Assembly: GCA_900765095.1 (NCBI GenBank)
Contig: CAAFRB010000098.1
Location: forward strand, 7,887 to 71,886
Length of the DNA: 64,000 bases
Direction of reading: 5' to 3'
Origin: Clostridia bacterium
Lineage (GTDB): Bacteria > Bacillota > Clostridia > TANB77 > UBA1234
Shown here: positions 20,171 to 31,084 of the stretch, piece after piece
How positions within the stretch are numbered: the first letter of the stretch is position 1
Layout: each line of letters opens with the position of its first letter
Position numbers and translations under genes: made by a program
The notes under the pieces: generated by a model
What the model was told of the DNA's origin: nothing
What the model saw: the letters and a program-made list of their open reading frames with translations, nothing else
Databases searched by the model: none

Positions 20171-20228
20171 TTAGGCTAAAAATTTTTGATGGTCGAAAGC
20201 ATGAAAATCTGAAATTTTCAGTTTTCTT
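20155..20228 (+). repeat. Partial copy (module 2 only, diverged) of the intergenic repeat element, copy E
   Basis: gatttttttccttattagg...ggtcgaaagcatgaaaatctgaaattttcagttttc aligns to module 2 of copies A/B. Confidence 0.4.
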
Positions 20229-20742
20229 AATTAATGTTATACTTTTTATCGAGATATGTACTTGTTTCTTCAAGGTTCTTGAATGAATCTTGACGTAGTA
20301 ATTCGTAAACCACAATGGCTACAGAATTAGATAAGTTTAGAGAGCGAAGATCTTTCCTCATTGGAATTCTTACTGCATTTTTAAGGTTATCTAATAGTAG
20401 CGTTTCTGGTAGTCCTTTTGTTTCTTTTCCAAATAAAATGAAGACTTCATCAAAATTAGAATAATCTACATCAGAATAGCATTTCTGGCCTTTTGTAGTC
20501 AAAAAGTACATATTGTTTTGTGATGGTGGATATTTTTCTAAAAAATCAGCAAGTGAAGAATGTTCTTCAATATCAACTTTATCCCAATAATCAAGACCAG
20601 CACGTTTTACCTGTTTTTCAGATATATCGAAGCCAAGTGGATGAACGAGATGCAATTTACATCCAGTTGCTGCACATGTTCTTGCGATATTTCCTGTATT
20701 TTGCGGTATTTCTGGTTCAACTAAAACGACATTTATTTTCAT
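20227..20742 (-). CDS. trmL: tRNA (cytidine/uridine-2'-O)-methyltransferase TrmL (SpoU class)
   Basis: MKINVVLVEPEIPQNTGNIARTCAATG... SPOUT motifs; start chosen at Met22 of the ORF with RBS aaaggaa. Confidence 0.8.
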   Translation of the reverse strand: MKINVVLVEPEIPQNTGNIARTCAATGCKLHLVHPLGFDISEKQVKRAGLDYWDKVDIEEHSSLADFLEKYPPSQNNMYFLTTKGQKCYSDVDYSNFDEVFILFGKETKGLPETLLLDNLKNAVRIPMRKDLRSLNLSNSVAIVVYELLRQDSFKNLEETSTYLDKKYNIN

Positions 20743-20904
20743 ATTTTTCATTCCTTTCATGAAAGTCACTTCCAATAAGATAACATAAAATCGTGATGAA
20801 ATCAATTGTTGAAAAATATTATATTCTTTTTAACTGACTAAATATTGCCAAATACAAAAAAATGTGTTAAGATACTAGTTGTCGTATTAAGGGAGGAATT
20901 AATA

Positions 20905-21144
20905 ATGAAAACTTTAGAAAATATAGTGACTTTTATACAAGTTATAATTGGAATAATTGTTGTTGTCCTAGTTTTATTGCAACAAGGAAAAGATGATGGA
21001 AATATTATATCTGGTTCTAGTAACAGAGGCGGTTCTATGGGTTCAAGCAAAGAAACAAGACTTGCAAATTTAACTAAAATCATGGGTATTGCTTATATAC
21101 TATTCACAATAGCATCAGGTTCACTTATGCTAATTAATCGTTAA
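20905..21144 (+). CDS. secG: Preprotein translocase subunit SecG
   Basis: two TM helices with VLLQQGKDDG loop typical of SecG; RBS aagggagg. Confidence 0.6.
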   Translation: MKTLENIVTFIQVIIGIIVVVLVLLQQGKDDGNIISGSSNRGGSMGSSKETRLANLTKIMGIAYILFTIASGSLMLINR

Positions 21145-21220
21145 TTTTAATTCGACACGATTGATTAGTTGATTTATGAATGCTAGAAGTGTTGATTTAA
21201 TTGACTTATAAGTGCCAAAT

Positions 21221-21252
21221 ATCTGAAGGCAGAAAACGTTGTTTCCTGCCTT
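21221..21252. terminator. Bidirectional hairpin terminator
   Basis: aggcagaaaac-gttg-tttcctgcct followed by ttttg; also serves minus-strand ger operon. Confidence 0.5.
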
Positions 21253-21267
21253 TTTGTCGTTGTATTC

Positions 21268-21435
21268 TTATATAAAACTTTGGTAAATTCCTAAAAACAT
21301 GCTTAACGTCCCGAGCACGTATATTACAATTCCCGATAATATATTTTTATTCTTGAATTCCCAGTTCCCATAAGGAAGAGAATATAGTCCAGACAATACA
21401 CTTAGGAACGCTATTAATGTAGTATACGAAAACAT
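21268..21435 (-). CDS. Small integral membrane protein (55 aa), 4th gene of the ger operon (possible Ger(x)D-like)
   Basis: not in the ORF track (<60 aa); RBS aggaagtg 8 nt before ATG immediately after gerC stop; product MFSYTTLIAFLSVLSGLYSLPYGNWEFKNKNILSGIVIYVLGTLSMFLGIYQSFI has two TM segments. Confidence 0.45.
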   Translation of the reverse strand: MFSYTTLIAFLSVLSGLYSLPYGNWEFKNKNILSGIVIYVLGTLSMFLGIYQSFI

Positions 21436-21450
21436 ATTAACACACTTCCT

Positions 21451-22653
21451 TTAACTCTTATTTGGTAACTTATGAAAAATTATTCTGGAAATATCTAAGC
21501 TCACATGGACATTTACGTTAAATTCCGAATTTTTAAATATGTCTTGCCAACCCATATCTTCAAACTCTTTCCATGTTAGGCATTTTGCTTTTGCAAATTT
21601 ACCAAATCCCACAATATCACTATCTAGTTTTTTGATTTCATCTAGATATTCGTAAATGCTAGAAGTCAGTTTTTCTTTGATGGCTTGATTCAAGCCAGAT
21701 TTGTTTTTGGCATTAAGATAATCCGTTGTGCCATTACTTGCTTCCAGGTGTGCATTTACGAAGACATCCACATTTATTTTCGGGACATTATTTTCGACTG
21801 TTACGTCAATTTTAGTTGGTTTGTACTGTCTGATTGTGGCTGTTGCAATTGATTTTTTATCCTCTGGATCTAATACTGTTACATTTCCTTTTTTTAATGC
21901 GTTCGTTAAAAGCAAGTGTGCATCTGTTATTTTAGGAGCTATTTCACCAACCATAGTACCAGCTTTGAATACGGCTAGTCCTTTGAATACAGCGTTATCT
22001 TCTTCTTTTCCAGAATCAGAAGTCTGTTCTGCTGAAATTTCTCCAATTATTGTTGAGGCTTCTCTGTCCATAGATTGGGCATTAGCGTAAAAGCTAATTA
22101 ACTCAGAGCCTATTGTTTCGTCTGTGTAATTGTAAGAGCTTAAGCTTAGGCTATAGTACCTTGAAGGATTTGCTTCTAGGACTGGCGTTATTTTATCGAA
22201 AAATTCTGATGCTTTACCTCTACATATTACTACTGGTGTTTTGGGTCTTATATCAGTTTCACTTAATAAACCGTTTATATGACCACTTAAGCCTTTTTTA
22301 GCAATTTCTTCTGAATATAGAATTACGTTTATATGAGAAAGATTTATTTCCTTACTTGTCATCGTGTTTACGATTGAATTTCCCATAAATAGAGAAGAGG
22401 CTGAAACTGTGTATGTTGTGAATGTTTCTTTTCCAGATTCACTATTTTCACCAGCTATTTTTACTGGAATTACTATTTGGTAGGTTATATTTAAGTTTTC
22501 GCCTTCACTATCGTCATCTTCAACGTTAGTGTTTTCACCAATGTCAAGCCCTATTCCTATTACATAAGCAAAATTATCTAACTCTGCCTTATCGTAGCAA
22601 CCAGTTAGTAAAAAGCACAAGATTATAAGAAAGAATATTCTATACGTTTTCAT
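21451..22653 (-). CDS. Spore germination lipoprotein Ger(x)C
   Basis: lipoprotein signal FLLTGCYD and Ger(x)C family conservation; start at MKTYRIFF. Confidence 0.8.
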   Translation of the reverse strand: MKTYRIFFLIILCFLLTGCYDKAELDNFAYVIGIGLDIGENTNVEDDDSEGENLNITYQIVIPVKIAGENSESGKETFTTYTVSASSLFMGNSIVNTMTSKEINLSHINVILYSEEIAKKGLSGHINGLLSETDIRPKTPVVICRGKASEFFDKITPVLEANPSRYYSLSLSSYNYTDETIGSELISFYANAQSMDREASTIIGEISAEQTSDSGKEEDNAVFKGLAVFKAGTMVGEIAPKITDAHLLLTNALKKGNVTVLDPEDKKSIATATIRQYKPTKIDVTVENNVPKINVDVFVNAHLEASNGTTDYLNAKNKSGLNQAIKEKLTSSIYEYLDEIKKLDSDIVGFGKFAKAKCLTWKEFEDMGWQDIFKNSEFNVNVHVSLDISRIIFHKLPNKS

Positions 22654-23734
22654 TTTTCCTTCCTTTCTTTTCCTTAACATTTGCAACTATTAAAATTGCT
22701 AGAGGAAAAATGAATAGCAAGAATGGTGTTATATATATAAAAAGTATATTTCTCATATTTATTACTTGCATATATGACGAAAGCATTAGACTTATAGATA
22801 ATATTATTATAAGCACGGGAGATATAAGCCTTTTATAATATTCTATATTGAATACTTTTTTTAGTATATTTATTATGAATAATACTGCAATAGTGAGATA
22901 TATAAACGTTGCTACTAGCCATATTAGTACGAATATTGATTCTACACGTTGTATGAATCTGCCATAAGATATTAGTCTTGTTATTTCGTACAAAGGAAAG
23001 TAATTCTCTGTGACTGTAGGATAAGGTATTATCCCTAGTAGCAAAAAGAAAGATATGATTATAAAGAAAGATACTAGTCCAAATGCTTTGCCTATAGTTT
23101 TATTTAAGTTCTTTAAATTTGGTGCAATTAATGAAAATACAGCCAAACTTTCATATCTTCCAAAACGAGTAGCACCATTTAGAAATATTTTTTCTATTCC
23201 ATTGCCAAATACGGGTGTAAAGTTCATTATATCTATATTATCAAGTAGTGAAAGAAGCATTGCTACAAATCCTAATATTATAATCGGTGTAACAAGGGCA
23301 CTAACACGAAAAACACCCTTTATACCCGAAAGTGCACCTAAAAATACAGCAATAATGAATAATAAAGAAATATATGCTGGCGGTGCGTCGCTAAACAGTA
23401 TGTTTCTCATATTCTCGTTGAACTCGCTTAGAGTAAATATAGATACGCTAAAAAGATATCCGATTATTAGCAGTGCTACTACATATTTTAAAAAATTGCC
23501 ACCCACCATTTCGGATATATCAATGATGTCTTTATCTTTAAACTTAGAGTATAATTTAAAGTATAGTAGTAAAAATAACCCCATAATTATAGTCATATAT
23601 ACTACTTGAAGGAATGTACCAGTTCCAAATTCTTCACAGGCAAACGTTGGAAGAGTTAGAATAAGAGGTATAATAGAGACACAGCCAAGAGTTGATATAG
23701 CCTGCCAGCTACTTAATGTACCATTTACAATCAA
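22640..23734 (-). CDS. Spore germination protein Ger(x)B (APC-type permease)
   Basis: 364 aa, ~10 TM helices, GerAB/GerKB family. Confidence 0.8.
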   Translation of the reverse strand: MIVNGTLSSWQAISTLGCVSIIPLILTLPTFACEEFGTGTFLQVVYMTIIMGLFLLLYFKLYSKFKDKDIIDISEMVGGNFLKYVVALLIIGYLFSVSIFTLSEFNENMRNILFSDAPPAYISLLFIIAVFLGALSGIKGVFRVSALVTPIIILGFVAMLLSLLDNIDIMNFTPVFGNGIEKIFLNGATRFGRYESLAVFSLIAPNLKNLNKTIGKAFGLVSFFIIISFFLLLGIIPYPTVTENYFPLYEITRLISYGRFIQRVESIFVLIWLVATFIYLTIAVLFIINILKKVFNIEYYKRLISPVLIIILSISLMLSSYMQVINMRNILFIYITPFLLFIFPLAILIVANVKEKKGRKNENV

Positions 23735-23749
23735 AGCAAAAACTCCTTT

Positions 23750-25361
23750 CTAAATCCATTTTCTCGAAATTTTAGGTTCTGTGCGCTTTTTCTTTGGCTT
23801 TAAGAAAACGGGGCGATATTCTTTTTTCCATATTGGAGAGGAGAATAAATCGTCTTTCAATGCGCCTTTTCTTAGTGGTGAAATAGGGGTTAGATAAGAA
23901 ACACCAAATGAAGTCACACTGCATAAAGCACAAAGATGTACAAATACTCCCATTGCAATTCCAAAGAATCCTGCAAAACCTCCTAAAAAGATATAAACAA
24001 ATCGCATTATTCTAAAACCATAGCTTAAAGAAAAGTTTGCTATACTAAAAGTGCTTATTCCAGTTAAGGCAACTACGATTATTAATATAGGGCTAACAAC
24101 ATTAGCACTAACGATTGCTTGACCTAATATTAAGGTACCGACTATACCGAGTGTTGGTCCAACTGGAGCTGGTGTTCTAATGCTAGCTTCTCGTATTATT
24201 TCAAAAGCAATTTCCATAATCAAAAGTTCAATCATCATAGAAAAAGGAACTTTTTCTCTTGTGCCGTTCTATGGTAAATAGCAAGTCTGTTGGAATCATT
24301 TCTTGGTGAAAATTACAAATTGCTATATAAAGTCCAGGCAAAAAGATAGAGAAGAATATTGCGGGAAATCTAAATAGTCTTATTAAAAGTGAGTAAGGAA
24401 ATCTAATATATGAATCTTCAGATGAGTGTGTGAAATCTGAAAATACTGCAGGTACAACCAGTACATTGCTACTACCTTCAACAATAATAGCCACCCTGCC
24501 TTCCATTAGGTGTGATGCCACCTTGTCGGGGCGTTCTGTACTCAATATTAGGGGATCTATTAGATAAGTTTTATCTTCAATTAATTGCATCAGTTCGCCA
24601 CTATCTAGTAAATAATCTATATCTATAGAATTAATTCTGCGTTTTACTTCGTTTATAATAGATTCATTTGTGATTGTTGAAATATAGGCCACTGCGCATT
24701 TCGTTTTGCTTTGACTTCCGACTTCAAGTGTTTCGAAAATCAAATTTTCATCTTTCACAAATTTTCGTATTAATGCCGTGTTAGTTCTAAAACTTTCTAT
24801 AAAAGCCTCCGAGGGTCCATCTATATTCATTTCGTTTTCTGCTTTTGAAACACTTCTAGAAGGCGGTTTTTTTACATCACATATTATAGCAATATTAAGT
24901 GTGTCAACGAGCAAAGCAGCATCACCATGCAATACACTTGTCACTAAATCATCATACTTTTCTGCAAATGTAACTTGTGATTCAGATAACATTTCGCCAG
25001 ATATGATATCTTTTATATTCAGTACATTCTTTTGCTTTAAAACGCTATTTTGTTCGTTTGACGAATTGTATTTTTTCATGAGTTGTTTTATTAGATGACC
25101 ATTTATCAAGTTTGAATCAACCATGCCGTCGTAAAATATTAGTAGAGCATTATATTTGTTTTCATTTATATTGATATCAAAGTATCTAAATTGAATGTCG
25201 TTAGAAATAGGGTAATGAAATATCTTTTGCAGGAATTCAACATTTTCTTTGAGCGCACTATTTATATCTTTTTCTTTACTTAATGTGGGGGTGAAAGTAT
25301 CATCACTTATTCTAAAATCATTTTTTGGTTTAGAGGGCTTGAATTTAAAAAAGTTTTTCAT
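23750..25361 (-). pseudogene. Spore germination protein Ger(x)A with +1 frameshift near 24265
   Basis: N-terminal GerA domain ORF (to 24228) and C-terminal TM ORF (23750-24238) in different frames; junction ...LFTIE | GTREKVPFSMMIELLIMEIAFEII matches conserved GerAA region; start ATG 25361 with GGAG RBS. Confidence 0.7.
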
Positions 25362-25447
25362 AATCAATCTCCATTCTTTTAAAGTATTTTGTGTAAATTT
25401 ATAAAAAAAATACATATATAGTTTATTTTGCACATTATTCAAATTTC

Positions 25448-25476
25448 TTGACAATGGTGCATATTTGATAGATAAT
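25448..25476 (+). promoter_or_regulatory. Sigma-A promoter (TTGACA-17-GATAAT) for the ylbF-like gene, divergent from the ger operon
   Basis: TTGACA 25448-25453, 17-nt spacer, GATAAT 25471-25476. Confidence 0.45.
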
Positions 25477-25509
25477 CTACTATAGAGAAAAATTTTTAGG
25501 AGGTTTGTT

Positions 25510-25845
25510 ATGAATCCATACGATAAAGTACATGAATTAGTAGACGCTATAAAAGAAAGCAATGAAGTTAAGGAATACTTAGCTTTAAAGGAAGAGTTAT
25601 TTAAAGATGAAAATAATAAGAAAATGATAAAAGAGTTTAGAGATAAACAAGTGGAAGTTCAAAGCCTACTTATGCAAGGTAAAGAAGCCGAAAAAGAAAA
25701 AATCGAAAAACTTCAATCTTTGTATGCAATATTAGCATCTAACGTGAAAATAAAAGAATTCTTTGATAAAGAAGTGGCTTTTGATGTAATGCTTTCAGAT
25801 GTTTACAAAATTATTGGTGAAGCATTAAAAGACATTATAGAATAA
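25510..25845 (+). CDS. YlbF/YmcA-family regulatory protein
   Basis: 111-aa helical protein, YlbF-like (UPF0342) pattern. Confidence 0.6.
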   Translation: MNPYDKVHELVDAIKESNEVKEYLALKEELFKDENNKKMIKEFRDKQVEVQSLLMQGKEAEKEKIEKLQSLYAILASNVKIKEFFDKEVAFDVMLSDVYKIIGEALKDIIE

Positions 25846-25878
25846 GGTAGATGTGATGAAAAGTACGTAGGAGGAAAT

Positions 25879-27153
25879 ATGAAAATACTTGTAAAAAATG
25901 GACATGTTGTATCAATGGTATCAAATATAAAGAAGGCTGATATATTGATAGAAGATGATAGAATTAAGAGAATTGGTTTTATTGATTGCGAAGCAGATAA
26001 AGTAATAGATGCTACAAATAAAATTGTTATGCCTGGACTTATAAATGCGCATACACATGTTGGAATGTCACTTTTTAGAGGAGCAGCAGATGAAGAGGAA
26101 CTTATGACTTGGCTTTCAAAGAGTATATGGCCTGTGGAAGACAAAATGACTGCCGGAGATGTTTATTCAGCATCTTTACTTTCAGCAATAGAGATGATTA
26201 AGAGTGGAACTACGACCTTTAACGATCAATATTTCTTTGAAGATGAAACAGCAAAAGTAGCAGATATGCTTGGATTAAGAGCAATTCTTTCACGTTGCAT
26301 AATAGGAGATGGAGAAGTTGCATTAAAGAGAATTGCGGAGGCGGAAGAGTTTTACAATAATTGGCACAACAAAGCTGATGGTAGAATTAAAGTCTGTGTT
26401 GGTCTGCACGCTCCATATACATGTCCTCCTGATACAATTAGAAGAGGTATTGAACTTGCAGATAGATTAGGCACACCAATACATATACACTACTTAGAAA
26501 CAAAAGATGAAGTAAAGCAAATGAGGGATATGTATAACATGACTTCTACAGAATATTTAAAGAAGGCGGGAATGTTTAATTATCACGTGATGTTAGCACA
26601 CGGTGTGCATGTAGATAACGAATCACTTGAAGTTTTAAAAGGCATAAGCGGAGGAATAGTACATAACCCTATATCGAACCAAAAACTTGGCAGTGGAATT
26701 GCTGATGTGAAAAGACTTAGAGAGAACGGAATCAATGTAGCATTGGGAACAGATGGGCAAGGTAGCACAAATACATTGGATATGTTTGAAGAAATAAAGA
26801 GTGCAACATATTTACAAAAAGTTACGTATAATAGTGCAAAAGCATTATCAGGAGAAGACGTTATCAAAATGGCAACAATTGAAGGTGCTAGAGTACTTGG
26901 AATAGATAGTGAAGTTGGTTCATTAGAAGAGGGAAAGAAAGCAGATATAATAATAATTGACACCAACAAGCCACACTTATGTCCAATGCACAATATTTAT
27001 TCATTACTTGCATACTCTGCAAATGGCGCAGATGTTGAAACATCTATTATAAACGGAAAAATAGTAATGGAAAATAGGCAGGTGCTAAATGTTGATGAAA
27101 ATGAAGTCATGAGAGATTGCAGAAGAATTACGGAAAATTTGTTTAGAATGTAG
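25879..27153 (+). CDS. mtaD: Amidohydrolase, probable 5-methylthioadenosine/S-adenosylhomocysteine deaminase
   Basis: HTHVGMSLFRG metal-binding motif and chlorohydrolase/MtaD-family architecture. Confidence 0.65.
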   Translation: MKILVKNGHVVSMVSNIKKADILIEDDRIKRIGFIDCEADKVIDATNKIVMPGLINAHTHVGMSLFRGAADEEELMTWLSKSIWPVEDKMTAGDVYSASLLSAIEMIKSGTTTFNDQYFFEDETAKVADMLGLRAILSRCIIGDGEVALKRIAEAEEFYNNWHNKADGRIKVCVGLHAPYTCPPDTIRRGIELADRLGTPIHIHYLETKDEVKQMRDMYNMTSTEYLKKAGMFNYHVMLAHGVHVDNESLEVLKGISGGIVHNPISNQKLGSGIADVKRLRENGINVALGTDGQGSTNTLDMFEEIKSATYLQKVTYNSAKALSGEDVIKMATIEGARVLGIDSEVGSLEEGKKADIIIIDTNKPHLCPMHNIYSLLAYSANGADVETSIINGKIVMENRQVLNVDENEVMRDCRRITENLFRM

Positions 27154-27184
27154 GATATCATAAATGCTAAAGGGGGGAGTATAG

Positions 27185-28873
27185 ATGATAAAGAAATGGG
27201 AGTGTAATAAAATTGATGAGGAGAAAGTAAATGAATTCTCAAAGAAGAATAATGTGTCACGTTTGTTATCAAAGGTAATGCTTAGCCGTGGATTTACAGA
27301 TGATGCAGAGGTTCAAAAGTTTTTACACCCAAAACTTGATGAATTATATGATCCTTTCCTTATAAATGATATGGATATTGCAGTAAATAGGATAATGGAA
27401 GCTTGCGAGAGAAAAGAAAAAGTGACTATATACGGCGATTACGATGTTGATGGGATAACAAGTATAGCTGTTTTAAAAAGCTTTTTACTTGAGCAAGGAA
27501 TGAATGTTGATCACTATTTGCCAAGTAGGTTAGAAGAGGGATATGGACTAAATAATGATGCAATAAAGAAAATATATGAACAGGGGACAAAGCTATTAAT
27601 AACAGTCGATTGCGGAATATCTGCATTTAACGAAATTGAGTATGCAAATGAACTTGGAATTGAAGTTATAGTAACGGACCATCATGAATGTCCTGAAAAG
27701 TTGCCAAACGCACTAGCTGTGCTTGATCCAAAAAGAGAAGACAGTACATATCCATTCTCTTCACTTGCAGGAGTGGGAGTTTCGTTTAAACTTATACAAG
27801 CGATATCTTATAAATTAAATTTAGACAGAAAAAAATATTTAAAATATTTAGATATAGTTTGTTTAGGCACAGTGGCAGACATAGTTCCACTTCTTGATGA
27901 AAATAGAATAATAGTTAATTACGGATTGATTCTTATGAGGCAAACGAGAAAAGTCGGATTGCAAGAGCTAATAGTAGCTTCAGGATACAGCAAGATTGAT
28001 TCAACATCGATTTCTTTTGGATTAGCACCAAGACTTAACGCATGCGGAAGAATGGGAAAAGCTGATTTAGCTCTAGAACTGATTCTTACGACAGATAGGG
28101 AAGAAGCACGTAAAATAGCGTTGGAATTGAATGAAATAAACAAAGAACGACAAGAGGTTGAAAAAAGGATAATAAGCGAAGCTATTGAAACAATAGAGCG
28201 TGATAAGCTATATGAAAATGGAATAATCGTTGTAAATAACGAGAATTGGCATCATGGAGTAATTGGTATTGTTGCTTCAAAAATAACCGAAACTTATTAT
28301 AAGCCTAGCATATTGATATGTATGGAGAATGGCAAGGGAAAAGGCTCTGGTAGAAGCATAGAAGGCTTTGACTTACATGGTGCACTTTCAAAATGTGATG
28401 ACTTATTAGATAAATTCGGTGGACATGAGATGGCGATTGGACTTTCAATCGACGAGAGTAATTTAAACGATCTAAAAAAACGTTTGTTTGAGATTGCAAA
28501 GGAAAGCGATATAGAAGAGATGCAACCAGTTATAAAAATAGATGCAGAGGTTACCTCGGATGATGTTTCTTTTGAAACGATAAAAGAATTAGAAGCACTT
28601 GAGCCATTCGGCGAAGCAAACCCATCACCTGTTTTCATGTATCGCAATTTGAAAGTAGATAGTGTAAGAGCTTTATCGAACGCAAAACATTTGAGATTAG
28701 TTCTTAAAGACAATAATTTTAGATATGATGCGATTGCATTTAATATGGGAGAAAAAAGGCATAGTATTGATATTGGAAATAGGGTGGATATTGCACATTC
28801 ACTTGAAATAAATCATTTCAACAATATGGATAAAATTCAATTCAATCTGAAAGATATAAAAAAGAGTTTGTAG
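27185..28873 (+). CDS. recJ: Single-stranded-DNA-specific exonuclease RecJ
   Basis: DHH motifs (IYGDYDVDGITS; ITVDCGI; VVTDHH) and DHHA1 region. Confidence 0.85.
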   Translation: MIKKWECNKIDEEKVNEFSKKNNVSRLLSKVMLSRGFTDDAEVQKFLHPKLDELYDPFLINDMDIAVNRIMEACERKEKVTIYGDYDVDGITSIAVLKSFLLEQGMNVDHYLPSRLEEGYGLNNDAIKKIYEQGTKLLITVDCGISAFNEIEYANELGIEVIVTDHHECPEKLPNALAVLDPKREDSTYPFSSLAGVGVSFKLIQAISYKLNLDRKKYLKYLDIVCLGTVADIVPLLDENRIIVNYGLILMRQTRKVGLQELIVASGYSKIDSTSISFGLAPRLNACGRMGKADLALELILTTDREEARKIALELNEINKERQEVEKRIISEAIETIERDKLYENGIIVVNNENWHHGVIGIVASKITETYYKPSILICMENGKGKGSGRSIEGFDLHGALSKCDDLLDKFGGHEMAIGLSIDESNLNDLKKRLFEIAKESDIEEMQPVIKIDAEVTSDDVSFETIKELEALEPFGEANPSPVFMYRNLKVDSVRALSNAKHLRLVLKDNNFRYDAIAFNMGEKRHSIDIGNRVDIAHSLEINHFNNMDKIQFNLKDIKKSL

Positions 28874-28898
28874 ACTTTTAAGGAAAGGATGATGATAT

Positions 28899-31070
28899 AT
28901 GGCTACAATTCAAGATATAATATCAAAGGTAAAGAGTTATAATAGAAAATCTGATACTAAATTAATAATGAGAGCCTACGAATATGCTGATGCACTTCAT
29001 GCTGGACAAAAAAGAAAATCGGATGAGCCATATATAATACACCCACTTGAGGTAGCATACATAGTTTCAACACTAGAGCTTGACGACAATGCGATTTGTG
29101 CAGCTCTTTTGCATGATGTAGTTGAAGACACTAGTGCAACGCTCGACGATATAAAAAACGAATTTGGCGAAGAAATTGCAATGCTAGTTGATGGTGTAAC
29201 AAAACTTGGAAAAATTGCAAACTACATAGATAAAGAAGAAGAACAAGTTGAAAACTATAGAAAGTTCTTTATGGCAATGGCTAAAGATATAAGAGTGGTT
29301 ATGATAAAACTTGCAGATAGACTCCATAATATGCGAACATTGAAGCATTTAAGTGATGATAGAAAAGTGGCAATAGCAAAGGAAACAAGACAACTATACG
29401 CACCACTTGCTAACAGGCTTGGTATATATTCGATAAAGTGGGAGCTTGAAGACTTGAGCTTATTATATCTTGAACCAGACGTATATAAAGAACTGGTAGA
29501 AGGAATAAACTCAAAACGTGCTGAGAGAGAAGCTTTTATAAACGACATAATAATTGAAATTAGAAAAAAATTAAAAGAAGTAAAAATAGAAGCAGAAGTA
29601 TATGGTCGTCCAAAACATTTGTATAGCATATATAGGAAGATGCAAAAGGATAATAAAACATTAGACCAAATATATGACTTGTTTGCAATGAGAATAATCG
29701 TAAATTCAGTAAAGGATTGCTACGCTGCACTTGGACTTGTACATGAACTATATAAGCCTATGCCAGGTCGTTTCAAAGATTACATAGCAGTCCCAAAACC
29801 TAATATGTACCAATCACTTCACACAACATTGATTGGCAAAAACGGAACGCCATTTGAAATACAAATAAGAACATGGGACATGCACAGGGTTGCAGAATAT
29901 GGTATTGCCGCTCACTGGGCGTATAAAGAAGGAAAGAACATATCAGCATCAGATGAAAAACTATCATGGCTTAGAGAAACATTGGAATGGCAAAGAGAAA
30001 CAAACGATGATAGAGATTTCATGAATAAACTAAAATTCGATTTATTCGACGAAGATGTATTTGTATTTACTCCAAAGGGAGATATTAAAGCTTTACCTGC
30101 CGGCAGTATACCAATAGATCTAGCTTATTCTATACACGAACAAATAGGAAATAGAATGGTCGGTGCAAAAATAAACAATAAAATGGTGCCAATCACAACT
30201 CCATTAAGAAATGGAGATATAGTAGAAATAATAACATCAGACAATGCCAAAGGACCAAGTAGAGATTGGATAAAAATAGTAAAAACAACACAAGCTCGTA
30301 GTAAAATTCAAAACTGGTATAAGAAAGCGCAGAAGGTTGAAAATACTGCAAAAGGAAAAGAATTAGTTGAAAAAGAATTAAAAAGAATAGGAATGTCTTT
30401 TTCAGATTTATTCAAGACGGAATGGTTAGAAAAAGCCTTGCAGAGGTACAAATACAATACTTTAGACGATTGTTACGCTGCAATAGGATTTGGAGCTATA
30501 TCACCTGCGAAAATAATAACAAGACTTCTTGAAGAATATAAAAAAGAGCATAAAGAAGAAGAGATTGAGAAAAAGATAGACGAACTTCGCGAAACTAAAA
30601 AGATAGATAGAAGCAAAGTATCCAAAACAGGTGTCATAGTAAAAGGAATAGATAATTGTTTGGTAAAACTATCTCGTTGTTGCAATCCGCTTCCAGGTGA
30701 TGAAATAATAGGGTACATAACAAAAGGAAGAGGTGTTTCTGTACATAGAGCAGACTGCGTAAATTGCAAAGAACTGCTAACAGACGAACAAAGACTAATT
30801 GATGTTTCTTGGTACAAAGAAAATAACGCATCTTATGTTACAGAATTAGAAGTTTATGCAAATGACAGAGCAGGATTACTTGCAGATATAACAGTCGCTG
30901 TTGGAGAATTAAAAGCAAAGATAGTATCAATAAATGCTAAAACAGTACAAAATAATAGAGTTGCGATAATAAACATAGGTGTTGAAGTTGAAAACATCGA
31001 TATGCTTAACAAAGTAATAAAAACAGTAAGAAAGGTTGATAGTGTCTATGATGTACATAGACAAAAATAG
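28899..31070 (+). CDS. relA: Bifunctional (p)ppGpp synthetase/hydrolase RelA/SpoT
   Basis: HD domain (HPLEVA...LLHDVVEDT), synthetase motif RPKHLYSIYRKM, TGS and ACT regions; 723 aa. Confidence 0.9.
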   Translation: MATIQDIISKVKSYNRKSDTKLIMRAYEYADALHAGQKRKSDEPYIIHPLEVAYIVSTLELDDNAICAALLHDVVEDTSATLDDIKNEFGEEIAMLVDGVTKLGKIANYIDKEEEQVENYRKFFMAMAKDIRVVMIKLADRLHNMRTLKHLSDDRKVAIAKETRQLYAPLANRLGIYSIKWELEDLSLLYLEPDVYKELVEGINSKRAEREAFINDIIIEIRKKLKEVKIEAEVYGRPKHLYSIYRKMQKDNKTLDQIYDLFAMRIIVNSVKDCYAALGLVHELYKPMPGRFKDYIAVPKPNMYQSLHTTLIGKNGTPFEIQIRTWDMHRVAEYGIAAHWAYKEGKNISASDEKLSWLRETLEWQRETNDDRDFMNKLKFDLFDEDVFVFTPKGDIKALPAGSIPIDLAYSIHEQIGNRMVGAKINNKMVPITTPLRNGDIVEIITSDNAKGPSRDWIKIVKTTQARSKIQNWYKKAQKVENTAKGKELVEKELKRIGMSFSDLFKTEWLEKALQRYKYNTLDDCYAAIGFGAISPAKIITRLLEEYKKEHKEEEIEKKIDELRETKKIDRSKVSKTGVIVKGIDNCLVKLSRCCNPLPGDEIIGYITKGRGVSVHRADCVNCKELLTDEQRLIDVSWYKENNASYVTELEVYANDRAGLLADITVAVGELKAKIVSINAKTVQNNRVAIINIGVEVENIDMLNKVIKTVRKVDSVYDVHRQK

Positions 31071-31084
31071 GAGGCAGACTCAAT

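Noticed and set aside
25380-25447. Sigma-G-type promoter (TGAATA-N18-CATAnTA) for the ger operon
   Set aside because: TGAATA is present on the minus strand at about 25440-25435, but the -10 region (atatgta) is only a partial match, so left uncalled.
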